The position numbers and the translations under genes were made by a program. From positions 4,092,001 through 4,156,000 of the forward strand of contig OZ024746.1 of assembly GCA_964016885.1 (NCBI GenBank): a DNA stretch of 64,000 nt. The letters are read 5' to 3'. Numbering within the stretch: position 1 is the first letter of the stretch; every line of letters begins with the position of its first letter. Below the pieces are notes generated by a model. That model saw only the letters and a list, made by a program, of their open reading frames with translations. It was not told where the DNA came from and did not search any database. This DNA comes from Eledone cirrhosa. Its lineage: Eukaryota. Positions 53,311-64,000 of this stretch are shown one piece after another.

Positions 53311-54424
53311 AATTAACCAATGAAGGGTGCGGTCACTTGAGCTGCTAGAAATAAGAGCCAATTACCTCAAATCACAATATACCTTAACTAATGTAATCGG
53401 GAATGGTTACAACTGGGTTACCTTTAAGGCTAGCATGGAGCTAAGCAACAGCCAGTCTTCATCTCTACCACCACAACAACAGCAACAAGCTACCACAATC
53501 ATCACATTCATTACTTTCACCATCTTAGCAACCAACACCGCTATGACAATTATCATCATCTTTATTACCATCACCGTGACCACAACCAACACCACCACAA
53601 CCAACACCACCACAACTATAACTACAACCACCATCATAACTACAGCCACCACCACCACCACAATCACAGCGACCACAATAACCACAACCACCACCATCAT
53701 GACCATAATCATAACCACCACCATAACCATCACCATCACAACTACAGCCACCACCACCATCACCATAAGCATAACCATCACGACATTCATCATATCCACT
53801 ACCACCACCACCACCATCATCACCGCTTTTACAACCACCATAATGCTGTCGTTGATATACAAAAAGACAGGATGGTCACGCCTGGAATACCTTTAATCAG
53901 TGTTGTTCCAGGGATAAACAACTGTTGCTGGCACTGTAGTAATATCAAACCTGTCACCACAACCAAAACTGTCACCCATACTCCTCACTACCTCCACAAC
54001 ATCTTAACAAAAGATCATGTCTTGGCTTTCTCAACATGTTAGAAGTAGCAGTTAAACTTCCCAGAAATCTACCTGGTCACCGAATTTGTTAGAAGTAGAA
54101 GTCAAATCTCACTCAATTCTCACTTTAGTGTCTTGGGAAAGGAGAAAATACAATTTTTGGTAAAAGGACACAGTTTTGTTGGGTGTCTTGGATAACGAAA
54201 GAGTAAAAAGAAAAGACGATAGTCCCTCATGGAACAACCCCTTCCACCTCTACTGGATAAGGGCTGACATAAGGGCCAAACAAGGACGGTAAGCGATACC
54301 ATGACTATGTAGTAGCGAGACCTGTAAGGCGGGTAAAGGGGCGCTGTAGCACATCTGACTTCTACAACTACAGAGTAGGAGGTGTAGTAAAATACCACCT
54401 TGGGTGGTACTGACTGTCACTGGG

Positions 54425-54471
<47 letters not shown>

Positions 54472-54738
54472 TAACTACTACTATAACTACTACTACTACT
54501 ACTGCTGCTGCTGTTGCTGATGCTACTACTGCTACTACTACTACTACTACTAGTACTACTACTACTACTACTACTACTATAACTACTACTATAACTACTA
54601 CTACTACTACTGCTGCTGCTGTTGCTGATGCTACTACTGCTACTACTACTACTACTACTACTAGTACTACTACTACTACTACTACTATTACTACTGTTGC
54701 TGCTACTACTGCTGCTACTACTACTGCTGCTACTACTA

Positions 54739-54812
<74 letters not shown>

Positions 54813-54834
54813 GCTACTACTACTACTGCTGCTG

Positions 54835-54883
<49 letters not shown>

Positions 54884-54931
54884 CATGACCACCTTCACTA
54901 CTACTACCACTACGACCCCCATGACCACCTT

Positions 54932-54966
<35 letters not shown>

Positions 54967-55865
54967 TTTCATAACAGCACCTCACTTTATTATTACCATG
55001 ACGTCAGGAAATGGAGGAACTTCTATGTGGTCACACGATTGCTAGAAATAACAGTGAAACGACGCCAGTCTAAAGAGGGACACTTTGAGTGATATGATCC
55101 TGGGACCTCTGCATGTCAGAAACAATGGATGACCATGATTTAAAGACATCTAAGAGGGTCAGTTCTGATTTAACCCAAACTAAACAACTAACAAAACCCT
55201 CCACGGAATATATCTGCCCTCAACTAATACCTTTACTGTAATCTTTACTATGTATCTTATATTGATGTGCTAACGACAAACTATGTGTTGTGTAAAACAT
55301 CTGTCATGCTAGGAAAGGGGGTGGTAAAAGTGGCGGTGGTGGTAATGGTGGTGGTGGCGGTGGTGGTGGTGGTGGTAATGGTGGTGGTGGTGGTGGTGGT
55401 GGTAATGGTCATGGTGGTGGTGGTGGTGGTGGTGGTAATGGTGGTGGTGGCGGTGGTGGTGGTGGTAATGGTCATGGTGGTGGTGGTGGTGGTGGTGGTA
55501 ATGGTGGTGGCGGTGGTGGTAATGGTGGTGGTGGTGGTGGTAATGGTCATGGTGGTGGTGGTGGTAATGGTCATGGTGGTGGTAATGGTGGTGGTGGTGA
55601 TGGTGGTGGTGTTGGTGGTGGTGGTGGTGGCGGTGGTGGTAATGGTTGTTGTGGTGGTGGTTGCAGCAAATGCCGAGAGTTTTAAATGCATCTCTTTGGA
55701 GAAGGGTGGTAAGGGTGTGTGTGTGTGTGTGAGAGAGAGAGAGATAGCTGTGGCGGTGGTGGTGGTGCTGGTAATGGTCATGGCGGTGGTGGTAGCGGTG
55801 GTGCTGGTAATGGTCATGGCGGTGGTGGTAGCGGTGGTGCTGGTAATGGTCATGGCGGTGGTGGT
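54425..55865. repeat. (CTA/CTG)n tract (54425-54965) and (GGT)n cryptic tract (55320-55865)
   Basis: Simple trinucleotide repeats. Confidence 0.9.
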
Positions 55866-56004
55866 AGTGTCAAATAGTTTTTTAACCCTACACTTTACGG
55901 AAAATATTCCTCATCAAATTATAAGCTGGAAGTTTCAGTCATTTATTAAATTCATTCGGTTCATATGTAATTAAGTACGGTATATATTATCTGTGTGTGT
56001 TTGA

Positions 56005-56210
56005 GGGCGGTGGAGTAGCAGTATCGGTAGAGCGCCGGACAACATGCTTCGTGACATAGAGTTGCGGCCCTTTACGTTCTGATTTCAAATCCCGCCGAGG
56101 TTAGCTTTGCCTTTCATCCTTACCGGGTCGATAAAATAAAGTACCAGTCACGTACTGGGTCGATTTAATCGACTTACCCTCCCTGGCCTTGTGCCTAAAT
56201 AAGAAACGAT
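56005..56210 (+). mobile_element. SINE family A
   Basis: Head, B-box-like and core motifs; further minus-strand partial copies at 56632-56705 and 56943-57055. Confidence 0.85.
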
Positions 56211-56344
56211 TATTTGTGTGGGTATATATATATTTATATATATATATATAAAAGGATCGATCGACTTTCGTCAAATCGGACCGAGGAAACAATGTTTTCG
56301 TCGGTCTTTCCAGTTGCTAGTACTATCTATCGGTCGCAACTCCA

Positions 56345-56635
<291 letters not shown>

Positions 56636-56770
56636 GTTTCTACTTTTGGCACAAGGCCAGCAATTACCCAGTGCATTACTGGTACTTTATTTTATCGACC
56701 CCGTAATAGTGTATAAGAATCGAAGGAGGAAGTAGAGAGGTACAGAGAAGTGCGATACAGATTACTAAAT

Positions 56771-56918
56771 GATGTGAGAAAAACCACAGACCCTCCATCT
56801 CAACTCTACTTTTGAAAAGCAGAAGAACTGCGAAACCGGTAAAGGAACCAAATAAATATATATATTTTTTAAAAAATAAGACTCCAGTTGCATTTTCGAT
56901 TTCATCTTTTTTTCTTCA
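56771..56918 (+). mobile_element. Solo copy of PLE terminal unit with intact U3-A8 hammerhead (56809-56844)
   Basis: CTT-TTGAAAA-GCAG-AAGAA-CTGC-GAAA-CCGG-TA-AAG. Confidence 0.85.
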
Positions 56919-57059
56919 TATATATATATATATATATATATATAATTGTTTCTAGTATTGGCACAAGGCCAGCAATTTACCAGTACATTACTGGTACTTT
57001 ATTTTATCGACCCCGTAAGGATGAAAGGCAAAGTTAACCTCGGCGGGATTTGAACATAT

Positions 57060-58530
57060 ATATGGTCTTTGAAAGACAAAAATATTAACTATAACATCTT
57101 TTGGAGAAAAGTTTGTTCTGCCTTTCCTTACTTGAATTCCTCCCCATCCAGAACATGTAATCTCTGAGTAGCTGAGAAATTTACCATTATATCTAATTTC
57201 AATTCTATAATAAATAGACGCACGGATTTATTTTCTCTCTGCTTGCATAAATTCCACAGAACATTCCATAAAGTATACAGCTAATATCTAATACCTTACT
57301 AGTTTAAAATCCTTTTTCTCAAAGGCTTATATATCTTTTACAAATATACCCATCTTTCTACCTTATTTCAATATTATTTATTATATATTATAATACAATT
57401 TACTCATTCTACATCATTCCTCTTTATCATTTTCCTTTCTTCCTTTTTTCTTTTTAATTTCTAACCTCTAATCTGTACCTTTTCTCCCTAACTATTTCTC
57501 AATTCTTATTATTACTCATCATAACATTATCCATTCTTCCATAAAAATTATTATTTTTTTTAATACATTATAGTATTACCATTATAGTATTATAGTATTA
57601 TCCTTCGTAAACATATAATTTTTTTGACGTTAGATATTTTCTTCTTTAAATTTCTCATATTTCATCCATCCTTTCATGCTCGTTTGACTTTTACATATTA
57701 CAATACATAAAAACAAACTTAAACCCTACTAATTTCTTTTAATATATTATATTATTACCATTAGAAAATATTTCGTAAACATATATTTTTTGATATTTTC
57801 TTCCTTAAACATTCTTTTCTTCTTTGCCTTCTGCGCTCATTTTTAAACAAGCTATTTACGTACACATATTACGTACACATATTACATTACATAAAAACAA
57901 ACTTAAACCCTAACTAATTCCTCTAAATTCATAACTCATTCATTCTTCTCCTTCTTTTCACATCATATCCTTAATAACATCAATATTTTTATTTTAATAA
58001 TACATATTAATAATTTCTGTTCCTCACACATATTATTAAACCCTTCAATATACAAACCTTAATTTAATATTATTCTTAATTCCTTTTTCTTCATGCATAA
58101 ACCTCATTAACTTTTAATTTCAACATCTTTTAAATTATCTATTATCTTCCAACGGCCTTTTAACTTCTCTCTGTGAGACAATATATACTTTTTCTCAGTT
58201 GTAAAGGCTATCTCCCTCTCTCTCTATCACCCATCTCTCCTCCTCTCTCATCCTTCCTTCTTATACTCCTCCCCCACCATTCTTTACTCTCATCTCTTCC
58301 TCTTCCTTACCTTTTCCACCCCCCCTCACTTTTTCCCAATCTCATACATCAATCTTAATTTATTTTTCATATGTTGATTTAAAACTTCACTATTCACAAG
58401 TGTTTTTTAAGCTTCATATTATGTATCCCTATTTTATCTGATGAGAACGCAGATATCATCCCATGATGATATTAGTTTTTGAAATGCGCATAATAAAATA
58501 TTTGGAACTCTTTTAACCATCTTTTGATCT

Positions 58531-58531
<1 letters not shown>
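57060..58531 (+). mobile_element. Second, more truncated copy of the Naiad-type PLE
   Basis: Reverse complement of ~10345-11820; [19 protein letters not shown]...CNL*VAEK...LCLHKFH. Confidence 0.88.
58430..58500 (+). ncRNA. Type I hammerhead motif (loop III GCGC)
   Basis: TATTTTAT-CTGATGA-GAAC..ATATCATC-CCAT-GATGATAT..GTTTTT-GAAAT-GCGC-ATA-ATAAAATA. Confidence 0.85.
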
Positions 58532-59431
<900 letters not shown>

Positions 59432-59526
59432 ACTGATATCAAAATACTTATAATTCCAAAATTGATATGTCGTAGTTGGTGGTTGTTTTTCCTGTCTCTT
59501 CTAACAATGTCACCTCCTCGTCTACC

Positions 59527-59710
59527 ACCCATACTGTCACCCATACTGTCACCCATACTGTCACCCATACTGTCACCAATACTGTCACCCATACTGTCAC
59601 CCATACTGTCACCCATACTGTCACCCATACTGTCACCCATACTGTCACCCATACTGTCACCCATACTGTCACCCATACTGTCACCCATACTGTCACCCAT
59701 ACTGTCACCA
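59527..59710. repeat. 12-bp minisatellite CCCATACTGTCA x~15
   Basis: Direct tandem repeat. Confidence 0.95.
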
Positions 59711-59927
59711 ATACTACTACTGCTGCTATAAACAGTATCACCTATAATAACATGAACTATATCAACTAGACTCCACCATGTCATGACCACCACTTCATAT
59801 ACTACAGCCACTACCACAACGGTTACTACTGCCAAGTGTTACCAACTCTACTGCAGTCACCACAACCACCGCAACCACCAGGGTCGCTGGCACTTCCACT
59901 ATCACACCTATTATTACAACTACAGGT

Positions 59928-60507
59928 ACTACTACCACTACTACACTCATCACTACCACTACTACAGCCATCGCTACCACTACTACAGTCATCACCACTA
60001 CTACAGCCACTACTACCACTACTACAGCCATCACTACCACTACCACAGCCACTACTACCACTACTACAGCCATCACTACCACTACTACAGTCATCACCAC
60101 TACTACAGCCACTACTACCACTACTACAGCCACTACTACCACTACTACAGCCATCACCACTACTACAGCCACTACTACTACTACTACTACCACTACTACA
60201 GCCATCACTACCACTACTACAGCCATCACTACTACTACAGCCACTACTACCACTACTACAGTCACTATTACCACTACTACAGCCATCACTACCACTACTA
60301 CAGCCACCACTACCACTACTACAGCCACCACTACCACTACTACAGCCATCACTACCACTACTACAGTCATCACCACTACTACAGCCACCACTACCACTAC
60401 TACAGCCACCACTACCACTACTACAGCCATCACTACCACTACTACAGTCATCACCACTACTACAGCCATCACTACCACTACTACAGCCATCACTACCACT
60501 ACTACAG

Positions 60508-60559
<52 letters not shown>

Positions 60560-60660
60560 AGCCACTACTACCACTACTACAGCCATCACTACTACTACAG
60601 TCACTACTACCACTACTACAGCCACTACTACCACTACTACAGCCATCACCACTACTACAG

Positions 60661-60724
<64 letters not shown>

Positions 60725-60825
60725 AGCCACTACTACCACTACTACAGCCATCACTACTACTACAGTCACTACTACCACTACTACAGCCACTACTACCACT
60801 ACTACAGCCATCACCACTACTACAG

Positions 60826-60877
<52 letters not shown>

Positions 60878-60918
60878 AGCCACTACTACCACTACTACAG
60901 CCATCACCACTACTACAG

Positions 60919-60967
<49 letters not shown>

Positions 60968-61050
60968 AGCCACTACTACCACTACTACAGCCATCACCAC
61001 TACTACAGCCACTACTACCACTACTACAGCCATCACTACCACTACTACAG

Positions 61051-61096
<46 letters not shown>

Positions 61097-61215
61097 AGCC
61101 ACTACTACCACTACTACAGCCATCACTACTACTACAGTCACTACTACCACTACTACAGCCACTACTACCACTACTACAGCCATCACCACTACTACAGCCA
61201 TCACCACTACTACAG

Positions 61216-61261
<46 letters not shown>

Positions 61262-61386
61262 AGCCACTACTACCACTACTACAGCCATCACTACTACTAC
61301 AGTCACTACTACCACTACTACAGCCACTACTACCACTACTACAGCCATCACTACCACTACTACAGCCATCACTACCACTACTACAG

Positions 61387-61444
<58 letters not shown>

Positions 61445-64000
61445 AGCCACTACTACCACTACTACAGCCATCACTACTACTACAGTCACTACTACCACTA
61501 CTACAGCCACTACTACCACTACTACAGCCATCACCACTACTACAGCCATCACCACTACTATAGTCATCACCACTACTACAGCCATCACTACTACTACAGC
61601 CACTACTACCACTACTACAGCCACTACTACCACTACTACAGCCACTACTACCACTACTACAGCCATCACCACTACTACAGCCATCACCACTACTACAGCC
61701 ACTACTACCACTACTACAGCCACTACTACCACTACTACAGCCATCACCACTACTATAGTCATCACCACTACTACAGCCATCACCACTACTACAGCCACTA
61801 CTACCACTACTACAGCCACTACTACCACTACTACAGCCATCACCACTACTACAGCCATCACCACTACTACTACCACTACTACAGCCACTACTACCACTAC
61901 TACAGCCACTACTACCACTACTACAGCCATCACCACTACTACAGCCATCACCACTACTACAGCCATCACCACTACTACAGCCACTACTACCACTACTACA
62001 GCCACTACTACCACTACTACAGCCATCACCACTACTACAGCCATCACCACTACTACAGCCACTACTACCACTACTACAGCCACTACTACCACTACTACAG
62101 CCATCACCACTACTACAGCCACTACTACCACTACTACAGCCACTACTACCACTACTACAGCCATCACTACCACTACCACAGCCATCACTACCACTACTAC
62201 AGCCATCACCACTACTACAGCCATCACTACCACTACCACAACCACTACTACTACCGCTACCACAATCATCACTATCATCAGAAACAATAACAGCAACCCT
62301 ACCACAACCACTACTACCACCGCTACTATCAGTCCTACTAGCACTTCAACTGCCACACCTACTGGTGCAACTACCACAGCCACCACCACACCATTTGTGC
62401 TGTTAACATATCTACAAGTGCTACTAACACCACCACCACCACCACCACCACAACCTCTATTACAACAACTACCACCAGTAGCTTCAGTACTACTATCACA
62501 GTAACTACCACAACTACTACTTCACCCTATTTCAACCACCACCACTGCTACTACTACCACTACCACTACCACTACCACTACAACCACCTCTACTACTACT
62601 ACCACCTCCACTACTACCACCACCTCCACTACTACTACCACTACCGCTACTACTACAACCACTACCACTACTACTACCACCACTGCCACTACTTCTACCA
62701 CCACCTCCACTACTACCACCACTACCACTACTACTACCACCACCTCCACTACTACTACTACCACCTCCACTACTACTACCACCACTACCACTACTACTAC
62801 CACCACTACCACTACTGCTACCACCACCTCCACTACTACTACCACCTCCACTACTACTACCTCCACTACTACTACCTCCACTACCACTACCACCACTACC
62901 ACTACTGCTACCACCACCTCCACTACTACTACCACCACTACTACTACCACCACTACCACTACTACTACCACGACTACCACTACCACTACCATCACCTCCA
63001 CAACTACCACCACCTCCACTACTACTGCTACCACCACCTCTACTACTACCACCACTACTACTACCACCTCCACTACTACTACCACCACTACGACTACTGC
63101 TACCACCACCTCCACTACTACTACCACCACTACCACTACCACTACCACTACCACCACCTCCACTACTACCACCACCTCCACTACTACCACCACCTCCACC
63201 ACTACTACTACTACCACCACTACCACTACTACTACCACCACTACCACTACTACCACCACCTCCACCACTACTACTATTACCACCACTACCACTACTACTA
63301 CCACCACTACCACTACCACCACCTCCACTACTACTACCACCACCTCTACTACTACCACCACCTCCACTACTACTACCACCTCCACTACTACTACCACCAC
63401 CTCCACTACTACTACCACCACCTCTACTACTACCACCACCTCCACTACTACCACCACCTCCACTACTACTACCACCACCTCTACTACTACCACCACCTCC
63501 ACTACTACTACCACCACCTCCACTACTACTACCACTACTATCACTACTATTAACATCTTCCCAACCACCGTAACTGTCATTAACACGTTTACGCCCACTA
63601 TAAACAACAGAGCTACCACCACCACTACTACTACCACCTCCACTACTACTACCACCACTACCACTACTACCACCACTACCACTACCACTACCACTACTAC
63701 TACCTCCACTACTACTACCACCTCCACCACTACTACCACCACCACTACTACCTCCACCCCCACCACTACTACTACCACCACTACTACTACCACCACCTCC
63801 ACTACTACTACCGCCTCCACTACTACTACCACCACCACTACTACCACCACCTCCACCACTACTACTACCACCACTACCACTACCACCACCTCCACTACTA
63901 CTACCACCACCTCTACTACTACCACCACCTCCACTACTACTACCACCACCTCCACTACTACTACCACCTCCACTACTACTACCACCACTACTACTACCAC
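59928..64000. repeat. Compound CTA/CCA-based cryptic minisatellites (15-18-bp units)
   Basis: 59928-62275 built on CACTACTACAGC motifs and 62520-64000 built on ACCACCTCCACTACT motifs. Confidence 0.93.

Noticed and set aside
51469-53361. GGCV-repeat ORF as a keratin-associated or metallothionein-like protein
   Set aside because: A by-product of a 12-bp minisatellite; other frames are equally open and frame continuity is broken.
59783-64000. Long ORFs (835, 864, 575, 492 aa) as mucin-like or His/Tyr-rich proteins
   Set aside because: They are translations of trinucleotide-based repeats open in several frames, with no clear splice or start context. A Thr-rich exon cannot be fully excluded without RNA data.

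Overview
Eukaryotic, AT-rich, microsatellite-saturated DNA that is almost entirely non-coding. The repeat families suggest an octopus/coleoid cephalopod genome (inference, not verified). Nearly all long ORFs in the track are translated simple repeats. Recognisable coding material is decayed retrotransposon: one near-full-length Penelope-like element (PLE; RT + GIY-YIG, 24.2-27.85 kb), two opposite-orientation copies of a Naiad-type PLE 3' half, and CRE, R4/Dong and RTE LINE fragments. There are also many tRNA-derived SINEs, a mariner-type MITE and a Helitron-like end. The main signal is a dense population of type I hammerhead ribozyme motifs: about 12 with complete cores plus about 12 mutated or half copies, from several unrelated PLE-terminus families. 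Most have palindromic stem-III loops. They sit mainly in short fold-back (tail + inverted arm) insertions inside (TA)n tracts. One family has a compensatory U3-A8 core. Its solo copies all begin about 30 nt downstream of where the parent element has a TATA box, suggesting a short ribozyme RNA mobilised on its own. Other oddities: a 40-unit CpG-rich 32-bp satellite just after a possible splice acceptor, a ~293-bp ~98% identical inverted repeat enclosing 3 kb, an array of 12 perfect 5' splice sites, and a candidate first coding exon near 47.9 kb. All structures were derived by eye; no folding or database search was run.
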